DNA of 64,000 nt from Felis catus (taxonomy: Eukaryota), in the NCBI RefSeq assembly GCF_018350175.1, contig NC_058368.1, positions 6,634,001 through 6,698,000 on the forward strand, given 5' to 3'. The first letter of the stretch is position 1; each line of letters opens with the position of its first letter. The position numbers and the translations under genes were made by a program. Shown piece by piece: positions 38,707-50,747 of this stretch. The notes under the pieces are model-generated. The model had not been told where the DNA came from. It searched no databases and was given only the letters and a program-made list of their open reading frames with translations.

Positions 38707-40870
38707 TCCTTCCCTGCTTGTGTGCATTCTCTCTCTGTCTCTCTTTCTCTCTCAAATATAAATAAAAAAATTTAAAAAAAAGAGATCATAGACCTAAATG
38801 TATGAGCTAGAACTATAAAACCCTTACAAGAAAGCACAAGAGTAAGCCTTAATGGCCTGGGTTTGGCAATGTTTTCCTAAATATGACACTAAAAGCACAA
38901 GAAACAAAAGAAGTAGGTACATTGGACTTCATCAAAACTAAAAACATTTATAATTCAAACAACACCAACAAGAAAGTACAAAAAGGGAAAGACGACAGAG
39001 CAAGAGCGAAGAAGCAAGATCCCTTTGGTTCTAGAAAATCCGGAAAAAAAAAAAAAAGGAAGGCTAATCAAGCCTTCAAAGCCACTCAAGCAAAGCAGAC
39101 ACTTTTGAAAAAGAAGGAGCAGAAGAAGGGAAAAAGGAAAGAGGTCAAGTTTAAGTGACTGGAATTGTTGCTACACAATTCCTGACAGCAATAACGTGAC
39201 AAGGAGCACCAAAAATGACGACTAAAAGTGAAGCTTCATGTCTTCGAAGTGCCAGATAAGCATCCTGTGGCCTTTGTTGTTGCATCCAGAGGGTTAATGG
39301 GGTGATTTTAACTGGCACGGAGGCTCATTGCAAGCCTTCCCCTTGAAGAAGATTTTCAGTGATGTCTTGTCAAAGTGATCCCCCAGACCATAAAAACGCT
39401 ACAGATAGTGGAACCTTATGTGACCTGGGGATTTCCAAATCTGAAGTCTGTCTGAGAACTCATCTTGAAACGTAGAAGGGCCAAGGTCAAGAATAAAAGC
39501 ATCTCTCTGATAGATTACAGTGACTGGAGAGCACCTTGGAAAGTTTGGTGTTATGTGTTTAGAAAACCTCAGTCATGAGATTGCCTTTTCAGGGAATAGT
39601 TTCCAGGTAACCTCAGGCCTCTTGCACCCTGTCCATCTCTCAGTGGCCCATCATGCTATGGATAACAGAGGGGGCTTCCTCAAGGGGATGGGCTCACCTG
39701 GCTTTCAAGGTGAACACATCAGTCAGCTCATTCAGCAGCTGAACTAGACCCCGATTTTCTGAAACAGTGAGTTGGAAGCATGCGTTTTTGCTTTGGGGAA
39801 TTCTCATACAGTACCTTCAAAGAATATTGTTTTCTGCTATGTCTTCAGAAGCTGCAGGGAATGGGTCAGGGAAAAGACAATGACGTCCCTAGCGTCTTCT
39901 TCCATCGGCTTCCCATCATAGCCCAGCTCCAAGGGAAAGTTCCAGTGTGTTTTCCATATTGGCTGCCACTGGCACCTCTGAAATCAGCAAAGGACTCCTG
40001 CCATAGAGGGGGGTCCTGCTTTGTCACATCTCTTCTCCTGGGGTTTAATGTTGGTGGATGAATACCCAAACATGAATTCAAGACAGCAGTGGACCAAGCC
40101 CAGGGGTATACTTGGAAGCTGGGGGTTCCTAGGGTCTTGTTTTGGAGAGAACTTGAAATACAATCAGAAAGAAGAGAGAGAGAAAAAAAAGACAGCCCAT
40201 GGATTCAGAGACAATACTTGCAAATCACTTGTTAATGGACTTGTATCCAGCATATGTAAATAATTCTTACAACTCAATAACAAGAAGATGAATTTGTTCA
40301 TCAAAATCATATGCCACTTCAAAAATGGGCAGAGGAGGGGTGCCTGGGTGGCTCAGTCGGTTGAGCGTCTGACTTTGGCTCAGGTCATGATCTGACTCGT
40401 GGGTTTGAGCCCCACGTCAGGCTCTGTAATGATGGCTCAGAGTCTGGAACCTGTTTCAGATTTTGTGTCTTCTTCTCTCTTTGCCCCTCCCCTGCTCATG
40501 CTCTGTCTCTCTCTCTCTCTCAAAATAAACAAACATTTAAAAAAAATTTTTTTAATAAATGGGCGAAGGATATGAACAAACATGTCTCCAAAGAGATATA
40601 TGAAGAAGGTCAATATATACATGAAAAGATGCATAATATTATTAATCATTAAGGAAATTCTAATCAAAACCTCAATGAGGTACCTCTTCACACTTAATAA
40701 GATGGTTATAATAAAAAAAGAGACAATAGCAAGAATGTGGAGAGACTGAAACTCTCCTACAATGCTGATAAGAATATAAAATGGTGCAGCTACTTTGGAA
40801 AACAGCAATCCCTCAATAAGTAAACATGCAGTTGCCCTGTGATATCATCATGAGAACTTCTCACCTATGC
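38095..40870 (+). mobile_element. L1 ORF2 3' remnant hosting the RPL7L1 retrocopy and two SINEs (38539-38775, 40337-40555)
   Basis: ttcctgatttcaaaacttactacaaagc, ttggacccttacctcacaccatacac and ttggacttcatcaaaac; collinear continuation gacagccc...ttgcaaatc...ttgtatccag after 40190. Confidence 0.9.
38992..40185 (+). pseudogene. RPL7L1: Processed pseudogene of ribosomal protein L7-like 1 (CDS remnant 38992-39747 plus probable 3' UTR)
   Basis: Intronless. Translates to RPL7L1-like blocks [35 protein letters not shown] and [20 protein letters not shown]...[12 protein letters not shown] (TAG 39745-39747). Start codon is ACG at 38992, premature TGA at 39156 and 39453, plus frameshifts. A-rich end near 40165-40190, where the host L1 resumes. 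Confidence 0.95.
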
Positions 40871-40894
40871 ACCTATTGAATTGTTTTTAAATTC

Positions 40895-41112
40895 GGGCAC
40901 CTGAGTGGCTCAGTCGGTTTAGCGTCTGACCTCGGCTCAGGTCACGATCTCTCAATTCGTGAGTTCGAGCCCTGCATCGGGCTCTCTGCTGTCAGTGCAG
41001 AGCCTGGAGCCGGCTTCTCATTCTGTGTCTCCCTCTCTCTCTGCCCCCTCCCCACTTGTGCTTTGTCTCTCTTCCTCTCTCAAAACTAAATAAACATTAA
41101 AAAAATTTTTTT
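40895..41112 (+). mobile_element. Can-SINE
   Basis: Full-length head, body and tail. Confidence 0.95.
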
Positions 41113-41333
41113 AATTATATTTTAATGAGAATAAGTTTATTTGCTATGCATATGCATACATACATATATGCATATGCAACCCTTTAAAAATGCCATTTGC
41201 CAGTGTATTATACATAATCTAAAAGTAATAAGTGATTCAGAGGGTGATTTCTTATCAGTCATTATTATTCCATCCATGAATCCATTAATTCCATTAATCC
41301 ACTCCAATCCGTTCCATTAATCACAGATACGTC

Positions 41334-42190
41334 CAGCTCTTCTCAGGCTCAGACAAGAATTGACATAGACTGACACTTAACAAAGAGTTTACTTTCTTAT
41401 GCATCATCTTTTAGGAGGCTAAAACGTGACTCTTGAGTTTGAAGGATTTCTCTTAAAAAAATTTTTTTTAGTCTTTATTCTTGAGAGAGAGCACGCGCGC
41501 AAGCAGGAGAGGAACAGAGAGAGAGGGAGACACAGAATCCGAAGCAGGTTCCAGGCTGTGAGCTGTCAGCACAGAGCCCGATGCAGGGCTGGAACTCACG
41601 AAATGTGAGATCATGACCTGAACCGAAGTCGGCCGCTTAACCGACTGAGCCACCTGGGTGCCCCTTGAAGGATTTCTCTTAAATCCTTGGTTTCCTATTT
41701 ATGCTGACTTCCTGCCACCCTGATGTTCACCAATCTCAATGGCTTTCCTCATTACGGCTGCTATTTCCGTTACCTGGTCAGCCTGGGCTCATAATATCTT
41801 AGAATGATGCTCATTAAATTTCCTTATTATACCAAGGTCATCCTTTCGACTAGCCATTAGCAACCTGAACACCTGAACAAGTACTGCTCTCAGTACTTGC
41901 TCCTTGTAAGTCCCAAAGCCTACTGATGTTCCTCCAGTGATATATGAAGTTCTCTGTTCTCTTGCTGCCAGCCTCTGCCCGATCCCTGCTGTGCCTCGGC
42001 CAACGTCTTGAGCCTTCATTCAGTTCTTGAATGTCTTCTTAACACTGCTTCACTGCAACATACCTCCAGTCCTCTTGAGAGCCATGGTTGGCTCATGAGG
42101 AGATTTTGTTGCTTCGTCATGGTCTTTCGATCCTTCAACAGGGGTTGTGGCATCAGCAAAGGTCTTCTGATCTCCATTCTTTGCAGCCAG
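41334..42190 (-). pseudogene. FGFR1OP2: Old processed pseudogene of FGFR1 oncogene partner 2 (short isoform), interrupted by a SINE
   Basis: Minus-strand frames give KTFADATTPVEGSKDHDEATKS, QQENRELHISLEEHQ*ALGL, FRLLMASRKDDLGIIRKFNEHHSK, AQADQVTEIAAVMRKAIEIGEHQG, LREILQ and LLKDDA*ES. These are collinear with recalled FGFR1OP2 (KALADAKALVERLRDHDDAAES, MFRLLMASKKDDPGIIMKLKEQHSK, QITEMAAVMRKAIEIDEQQG). No introns; multiple stops and frameshifts. Confidence 0.9.
41458..41664 (-). mobile_element. Can-SINE inserted into the FGFR1OP2 pseudogene
   Basis: TSD ttgaaggatttctcttaaa at 41439-41457 and 41665-41683. Confidence 0.96.
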
Positions 42191-45100
42191 AATGGTTGGT
42201 TGGTGGACAACATGATCTATTTAACCTCCGATGGTGCAGGGACAGCCAGCATGACTCCTCTTAATGAGGGGAAAGTAAGGTGCCAAGAGGAACCACATCC
42301 AAGACTTTGAGTGGGGTTGGCTACCTAGCCCCCCTCGTGGATCCCCTTATCATTCTTCTGTGTCCCTCCCCCTTTGCCCAGCATTCTTTTGCCCAGGACC
42401 ATGTGTGATAATGTTCTCTCTCCCCATAGTTAGGGTGGTTAATGATTGCCCAGTGAAACAAGGAAACGAAATGCTAATTCTTAACTCAAAACAAGATGAC
42501 TCCTCCCTGAAGCAGATCTGCCTCTGCTTTTGTTTAGCATGGGCCTATTTTTCTATTGTCCAGGAGGGCACCTGAACACATCCCTACTATTTTAATCAGC
42601 TGGGAAACCCTGGTTGTGACGAGGGAGTATTCATGGAGTATCCCACCTATACGACGTCCCTCAGGTAGAACCCCTAGGCAACCTTCCATCTTTGGAGCTT
42701 CCCTCTCAGACCACGAAGGGCCCAAGCAAAGGTGAGCCAGGATTCCAGCTGCCCCATGCCCCCAACCTCATGTGGAAGGCTCTGGAAGGCTCTCAGCATT
42801 TCTGACTGCGTTCCAGATATGGGGCTGCCTTGGCCTGTGGAGTGTAAAATGCTTCTTGATGGGCTGAAGCTATGCATGGAGGTGCCTGCGGTTTTGTGAT
42901 ATATGAGGACAAACCTTTTGGGACATCCTCGGCACTCGCTCTAGACAAACATTGAGATTGGTGCACTAGGAATTGATTTTCCTCCCTCCAGCTTCCATTA
43001 AACTGTAAATTCTCTTCACCCAGGATGCTGATAGGGTGCCTGAGAGTGTTCTTAAGAAAACCAAATACACTAGCCTTCATCCCCTCTCCCTAAGTCAATA
43101 TTTCTCAATGTGGGGCCACAGGTCATATTTGTCACCTAATCACCTGGGGAGTTTGTTGGTTTGTCAGACACGCCTTTTCCAGGATCCATCTAGAAACATT
43201 AGTGCCTTCAAGTCTTTAGGCCCAGAGATGGGAACTTTGCATTTCAAACAAACTTTCTTTGCACGTAAGTTTAGAACTGTTCCTACGAAGCTGAAGCCTG
43301 GTCCCACAATCTTAAGCCCTGGCATCCAACTGTCCCCCATTTACTAAGGATGTGTCATGACAAAGGCTGATGGATGCAAATCGCATCATACTAAAGAAGT
43401 GTATTAGGTGACTCACAACCCAGACCCATCGCATCTGAATCTCTGTGGGGTAAGATCCAAGTACCAGTATGTTTAAAGCTGCTCAGGCAATTCCAGTGGG
43501 CAAAGCCGAAACCACAGCTCTGAGGGAACTTTGAACCCATTTCTCATAGGCTCCCAGCCCATCCACAGTTGGGCCAATGGTCCTGCCTCTGCATTCTTCA
43601 CATCTGGGGGAATGCACTTTCCCATGACTCCATCCATCCCCCGGGCTCTCTCACTCCAGGAAAGACCGGCGTTGACTCTGTGCACACTTCCAGACCCTCT
43701 ACCGTCAGTAAAGTTGCACCATTTGGCTCCTTGCTATGATCTGCCTGTCCTGTTCTCCCAGGCTGCCAGTTTGTTGCCTAGGGATGCCTTCCCTCTCTCA
43801 CTCACCCTTGGCTTCTGCCCTGACTCAACCAAGCCACATGGATCCCCCATTAGAGTCAGACTTGAACGCCTATCACGTCAGAAACATGTACTCCTCTCTG
43901 TTAGCCACTTACATCAGTTCACCTTCCTGGCCAAGCGTTGATGGCACTGTGGGCAAGGGAAGAGAGAGGCAAGATAGCCTCTGTAAACCCAGGCTCCTGG
44001 TCTGTAAGGTGAGAATAATAATGCATAGCTCCTAGACTCTGAGAGCCTGTGGATGAGGCTGCCCTGCCTCCAGGATAGCCTTGGGTATCTTCTGAGCCCT
44101 TCTGTGGACTGAGGGCAGGTCTAGAGCCCCCTGAAGAATGAACAAGATTATGTCAGAGGTTGATTCTGCTGGGGTCCTATTCTAGAACCATGTCTTGGGC
44201 CCTCAGGTTATCCTCCAGTCTACTTGGAGCCTGGACCTTCCACCTGCTCTGTCAAGGGGTCCAAGCAATGGGCTTCCATGCTTCACACTTCTGCCAGGTC
44301 CAAGCTGGGGGAGAGGGGCAGGGCCAGACCAGACCTAGCCTACAGAACATATCTGGCAAAACTATGCTGTCGTTCTGTCTTCAAAGTTAAGACCAGTCCT
44401 CCCTGGGGTACTTTCTCCACCCCCCAGCATCCATAGCCCCACCAGTGTGACTGGCCACGTCACGGTCTCCCCCCATCCCCTGTCCTGGCAAAGCTTCTCG
44501 GGTGCCCTCTGCATCTCCTTGTAGACTCTGCTGCTGCCACAGTCCTTTGGGAGCCACACTACTTCCTGTGCAAATAATAAAACCAGCCAGCAGGATGGAT
44601 GTGAGGGTTAAATAGACAACATATGGAAAAGGACTTCTCACTCTAACGAACCGTGGTACCAATTTGAGGTGTATGGCTGCCAAGGAGAGAACTGTGTTCT
44701 ACTGAGGGCCACTCTGGACAGCGGCAGAACTGTCCCAGGACGGTGGCGTCTCCCTCTCCAGCCGTCTTCACAGCCAGACATTCTCGGGGTGTAACTCCCA
44801 GCTCTAAGCTCTCTATGTATGACCTTGGCCATGCATGGCAGGTTTCTCGAGAACCAGTTTCTTGATTTGAAGTATGAGAATAGTTCAGAGTTGTTGTAAA
44901 TATTACAAAGGTCATGATGATTCAAGATTGGTAGTAACAACACATACGTGTGAAACATCTGGCTTATCATACGCACCTATTAAATCAGGGCTTTTACTAT
45001 TACTATTGCTATGACTGAGAGCCAGGAAGTGTGGGATCTCATTTTGGGGGAAGCAATTTTAGAAGGGACTTCATTAGTGTCCTCAGTAGCCCCCTTGAAG

Positions 45101-46188
45101 GGTAACTTTCCCCTCCCTCCACCTCATCTGAACCTTCTGCAATACGCCCACTTCTGCACCCCAGTTGCCTGAGAGCTCTCACACACACGATGACCAGGGT
45201 CATGGTCTCATGCCCCTTTTAAGAAGTGAGGAAATGAGTCCCCTCTGTTCACAGGTGGCAGAGCCCAGACCCACACTCAGTAACCTCTGGCTCTAGACTC
45301 GAGGCCCATCCCTCTGCCCGCGTGGCTCTCTCTGTTTGCAAGACTTACACTTGGTAGCAGTTACTGTGCTTTGTTTTGTTTGTATAAAATCATGATTATT
45401 GCCTCTTATACTCTATAGCACCATAGAGTATAACACAATGAAAAGAGGAATGAGAAGTTGCCAAATCCCGATTCAGAGATGGGTTTGGTGTTTCTCATGT
45501 TGGTTCATTTCTGTTTCACTGTAGCCCTATGTCTCCTGCCGAGGGACAGCCTGGAATGGATCCAGAGTTGGCCTAGATCCCAGGTCTCCTATTCTTGGTA
45601 TTCTTGATACCCAGGGTAATGAGTTTCTGTCTCCCAAGCAGAGTGACCTCCTGGACGTCTGGACATCAGCCCTTTGTCTGAAGCTGGGGTTTGATGTTTC
45701 CTCCCAGCCCATCCTGTCGGCGGTATTTCCCTCGTTGACTTTTGCCCTAAGGCTCCCATTCCATTCATCATCTGGGTCTGTTCTTATTCACAGTCCCCTC
45801 CTGCCATCCACCTGGCAAGCTGTCTGGCTCACTGGGTGGTGGGGAATGGCACCAGGTAGCGGGGGAAATGGACTAAGGTTAAATGTGGAGACCCCCAATA
45901 ACTGGGAGACCCACCACCACCACCACCATAGAGTCAACATTCGGTGGTGGTCTTTGTGGACATAGCAGAGGCAAATACCCAACTTCAGACCATCCAAAGG
46001 ATGAAATGACAGCAAGGAGATACAGGGCACTTACCACATACGCCATATTTATCAAATAATTTGGAGAGTGCGACCTGCTTGCCCTTGAGGAGACAAGATG
46101 TGTTTACTTGAAATTCAGTGCAGTTGTATGTGTAATGTAGACTAGCAATATATACTCACAGTTAAGCTACAGCATATAGACCAGAGGC

Positions 46189-47120
46189 GTGTCAAGAAGG
46201 GTCTGAGATTTTACCTTGCTTTCCCATTAAATTAGCTGTCACGGTTCTATGGATGTGGGTAGAAGACATGAGACTCCTGGGTCAGAGACAAAGGACTTTA
46301 TTAGTCATGGCACATCAATAGCATGTTCTCCTGCACACACCCTCAAGTTCATAGGGCACTGTGGAGCAGTCCAGTGGGTGGTGAATTCACAGTGGGTCTT
46401 TGTCACAGCTCAGGAGCCCTGTTAGTTAGGAAACCCTCAATCCTACAAAAGGTTCTTGACAAACCTGTTCAAACTCTTCCCTGGATAGAGACTAGTCAGG
46501 AAAATAATCTGCTTTGTGCTTCCCCCAACTTTTTCTACCTTTCAAAGTTGTTTGCTATATAAATCTCCTTGAAAACTCATCCAGAACAAAGACCATCATT
46601 GCCTCTGCTAATAAGACACACAAAAATGCAAAAGACCGGGACATCTGGGTGGCTCAGTTGGTTGAGCATCTATCTGACCCTTGGTTTTGGCTCAGGTCAT
46701 TATCTCACAGGTTCGTGAGATAGAGCCCCACTTCAGGCTCTGCACTGACAACGCAGAGCCTTCCTGGGATTCTCTACCCTCCCTCCCCCCCGTCCCTCTC
46801 CGGCTTGTGCGCGCTCACTATCTCTCTCCCAAAATAATAAATAAACATTTTTTAAATGCAAAAAAACCGGGGCACCTGGGTGGCGCAGTCGGTTAAGCGT
46901 CCGACTTCAGCCAGGTCACGATCTCGCGGTCCGTGAGTTCGAGCCCCGCATCAGGCTCTGGGCTGATGGCTCAGAGCTTGGAGCCTGTTTCCGATTCTGT
47001 GTCTCCCTCTCTCTCTGCCCCTCCCCTGCTCATGCTCTGTCTCTCTCTGTCCCAAAAATAAATAAACGTTGAAAAAAAAATTTAAATGCAAAAAAACCAT
47101 AGAAAATTGTCTCCAAAAAG
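46189..47120 (-). mobile_element. ERVL-class LTR (subfamily uncertain) containing two tandem SINEs
   Basis: gggtctgagattttacc...agaagacatgagactcctgggtcagagacaaaggactttatt resembles an old eutherian ERVL LTR; sequence resumes after the SINEs. Confidence 0.6.
46638..47080 (+). mobile_element. Two tandem Can-SINEs (46638-46850 and 46869-47080)
   Basis: Second, younger copy has TSD tttaaatgcaaaaaaacc at 46851-46868 and 47081-47098. Confidence 0.95.
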
Positions 47121-48084
47121 CTATAAAAATCTATAAATGAGAAGTTGCAAATTGAGAAAGACTGCATCTAACTAAAAAGATAAGAGGCATTTCCAGCTGA
47201 TTAAGGACACAAACTGATTTTTTTCCCCAACATTTCTCTTGTCTGATTCTATTTAACATTGTGCCAATAATCTGCATGGAGAAGTTTCTTGAACATACGC
47301 CTAGGAGGAAGGACCGCCCAAAGGATGTGGGTGCAAGGGGCCAATCAGCCTGGAAGGTGTTATTTTCTTGAAAGTAATCCAAAAAGCAGCCAATGCAGTG
47401 CAGGAGATGGAAATTTGGCTAGAAAACGCACTGGGGCAGAGACCATGAAGGGGGCCTCCTTCAGATTTGCTCACCTAGGGAGGGAGGGGTTGCCGTGAAT
47501 GCTCTTCCAGGGACAGAAATTATGTTCCTTCTGTTCTCTGGGAGGTCTGGGTTGCTGATGGTAATGACCATGAACCTAGCCCTCAGTTATCTGAACTCCT
47601 AGAGAGGTGTGAAATCCCGAGGAGACAACAATCGGAAAGTCTTGTTTCCGTTGGCTTTGGGAAGCATTCTGTGACTCAGAAAATTCTTCTCTCTCCATAA
47701 GGAGGAGAGAAACTAACCGAGCATCATGTTCCCTTCGAGTTCCCAAGACTGTGTTCTTCTTGGGTCTGTGTACCCAGCATCGTGCCAGGAGATGCAAGAT
47801 GCCACAATATTAAAATGGTGCACTTCTCTGGAGCATCAACTTCTCATTCATTCATTCATTCATTCATTCATTCAATAGTGAATTTGTTCATTTCTTGAAT
47901 AATTAATTTTCTCAATTTGCCATACACCAAGCATTTTCACTCCGTAGGTAATTTAAAGTACAGTTTTAGAGTAAACAAACATAAATGTTCTCAAGTGGGC
48001 TGACGATTTCATGTTAAATTTTTAAAATGTGGCTACGGACATTAAAAACATCTCCCACTAGTCTTTTCCCTGATTCGTCTATCG

Positions 48085-48620
48085 AATAAAATTTTATCAG
48101 TGAATAACTAGGCACCAGGCATGGTTCTAGGTGTGTAAATAAGTGAATAAGATACATTTAGGGAAAGGTAAGTGTTGTAAAGAAAATAAAATTGAGCAAA
48201 GTATAGACAGTGACCAGAGGAAGGGAGGGCAGAATTAGACACACAGTCAGGGAAGAGGCGACATTTGAACCGAGAGCTGAATGACAACACAAAGCGACAA
48301 GATGTAAGATGACCTGTGGGTGGTGTTCCAGGCATAGAAAACAGCAAGTGCAAAGGGCCTGAGGTTTGAAGAGTTCAAAAAGTAGAAAGGAGGCCAACGT
48401 GGCCGGAGAGTCGTGAGCAAGGAGGTAAAAGGTGCAAAGTGGCAACAGAGAGGTAGAAAGAAGCCAGCCTCTACAGGCTTCTATAAAAACCCATGGCAAA
48501 GAGCGTCAGGATGACAGGAAGCCTTGGAAAAGCTTTCAACAGTGGGGCTATTTGATCCGGTTTATGCTTTAAATAGCAACCTTGGGAAAGAGTGAAGGTG
48601 GGGAACCTGTTGGAAGACTA
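48085..48620 (-). mobile_element. LINE-2 3' remnant
   Basis: gacatttgaaccgagagctgaatgac and gtgttccaggcatagaaaacagcaagtgcaaagggcctgagg. Confidence 0.8.
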
Positions 48621-49004
48621 ATGTTGGCTTCCATGCACTCTCCCCTGGCCTTAAAGGTACAGGCACGGAAAAGCTAGATGAGAAGCCCAGGCTTATGTGA
48701 ATACCGGGGCACAGGCGGGAGAACGCCCCCAGCTTGCTTCTGGAGTACTTGGGGCATATGCCAGAATCTTCAAGGTATACCATCAATGTGCAGACCATCC
48801 AGGAGATAGCAACCGATGTGCATGCAGCAGCATGAAGCCAGGAACTGGCCAGATAGAAAGAAGAAAGACAAGACGTACCCATCCACCTGCGAAGCCCTCC
48901 TCTCCCTGTCATCCCCAACCTCAGAACTTCCGGTGGGAAGCAACATTCTGGCCTCACATGTACTCTTCCAGTTGAATCCACCTGCCCAGTAGCATGGCAA
49001 TTTG

Positions 49005-49227
49005 TTTGTTTGTTTGTTTGTTTTAACGTTTATTTATTTTTGAGGCAGAGAGAGACAGAGCATGAACGGGGGAGGAGCAGAGAGAGAGGGAGACACAGAA
49101 TCGGAAGCAGGCTCTAGGCTCTGAGCCATCAGCCCAGAGCCTGACGCGGGGCTCAAACTCACAGACCGCGAGATCGTGACCTGAGCTGAAGTCAGACGCT
49201 TAACCGACTGAGCCACCCAGGCGCCCC
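49005..49227 (-). mobile_element. Can-SINE
   Basis: TSD agcatggcaatttg at 48991-49004 and 49229-49242. Confidence 0.96.
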
Positions 49228-50536
49228 AAGCATGGCAATTTGGAAGCAAGCGTCAGCAAAGAGGAGAAGGAGGAAGCCGATCACATCACTGCCAAAGAAC
49301 ATTGATTAAAACCCACCGTGTGCACGGTGTACGAAGAGATGTAAGAATTGGCCCTGAGCTCCTGGAACTCACAGCCCGGATGGAGAGGCGGAACAGAGAC
49401 ATCGGCGATGAATATCGCAGTCCTCAATCCTCCCGGCAATGGGGACTGAGTTTAGCACTCTTTATGGGGTAGCCAGACAGGTGCAGGGCAGCTGAGGGTC
49501 AGGTTCAGGATCAGGAGCTGAGCCAGGTCCCCGGCTGGAGGGGCTGCCAGAACCTGGCTGCCCCGAGAACACGGATCTCCACAAAGGAGTTGGAAAAGAC
49601 CCAGAGGAGCTTCCTAGGAGGGGAGGCCTTGACGAGGGGGACTCCACGGCTTCACCCACGGTTGCCCAGGACAGGCTCAGTCCACCGGGCCGGCCAAGCC
49701 AGGTCGGGGCACAGGCCCAGCCTCCGTCCGTGTCAACCGTATCCCATGCATTGTTCTCTTCCTAATTTGTTTCTCATTGTTCTCTCCCTAATGAGTCCTT
49801 GCAAGCCTGTTAAAGGGCTTAAATTATTATTTTACGTTTTCAGGAAAATTGCACACAATTTAGTGAGTACCCTGAAGCATGGTTCAGCATCCGTTGTAAC
49901 CTCCCTGGGCAGGAGCCCGAATCACGCCAGGTTTCTGGGTCTGAAACACAGCCGTCTCTCAGCTGAGTCTGCAGCAGAGAAAGGAGCAGCCCCCTGGCCC
50001 CCTCAGGTTCTCAACTGCTTGGCCGCCGAATTAGTCACGACCACGAGCCACGGTTGCAAACAGTAAAAACCCGCTCTGGTTAGCTTACGCAGAACAGGGA
50101 TGGATTGAAAGGGTGTCAGATAACTCACAGAACTGAAAGGGAACCAAAGGGCCAGGTCAGGTGACGACCAGGACCGCCGGAATCATGCACGGGGACAAAT
50201 CTGGCAGGGATGCCGTGGCTCCTGCTGCTGGATCAGAATCAGGGTGACCACCTCCGTCACCAGCGCTGGGATGAGGTCTGTGGGGTCCCCTACCCCTCTG
50301 CCTCACTCACTCTAGATGCAAAGTCCTGGTGGGAACTGACCAAGAGTAGGTCATGTGTTTGTACAGAGAGAACAGCCCAGGCCCTGACTCCTGTTCTCCA
50401 AACACAGGATGGGCTTTGACATACCGAGCTGAAGAAAAATTAACCAATGCCCACTTGAGTCACCGACTGCCGTGTGAAATTAGGCAAAACCCTTTAGCTG
50501 CCCTGTCCTTCCATTTGGCCCTTGGCAAAGATACTT

Positions 50537-50747
50537 CAACGTTTATTTATTTTTGAGAGAGAGAGAGAGAGAGACAGTGTGTGAGTGGGGGAGGAGCAGA
50601 GAGAGAGGGAGGCGCAGAATCTGAAACAGGCTCCAGGCTCCGAGCTGTCAGCGCAGAGCCTGACGTGGGGCTCGAACTTGGGACCGGAGAGATCATGACC
50701 TAGGCCGTAAGTCGGACGCCCAACCGACTGAGCCACCCAGGCGCCCC
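50537..50747 (-). mobile_element. Can-SINE
   Basis: TSD tggcaaagatactt at 50523-50536 and 50748-50761. Confidence 0.96.

Noticed and set aside
48680..48990. Protein-looking frame (LLLEYLGHMPESSRYTINVQTIQEIATD)
   Set aside because: Bounded by stops and I cannot assign a parent gene; a tBLASTx search would be needed.
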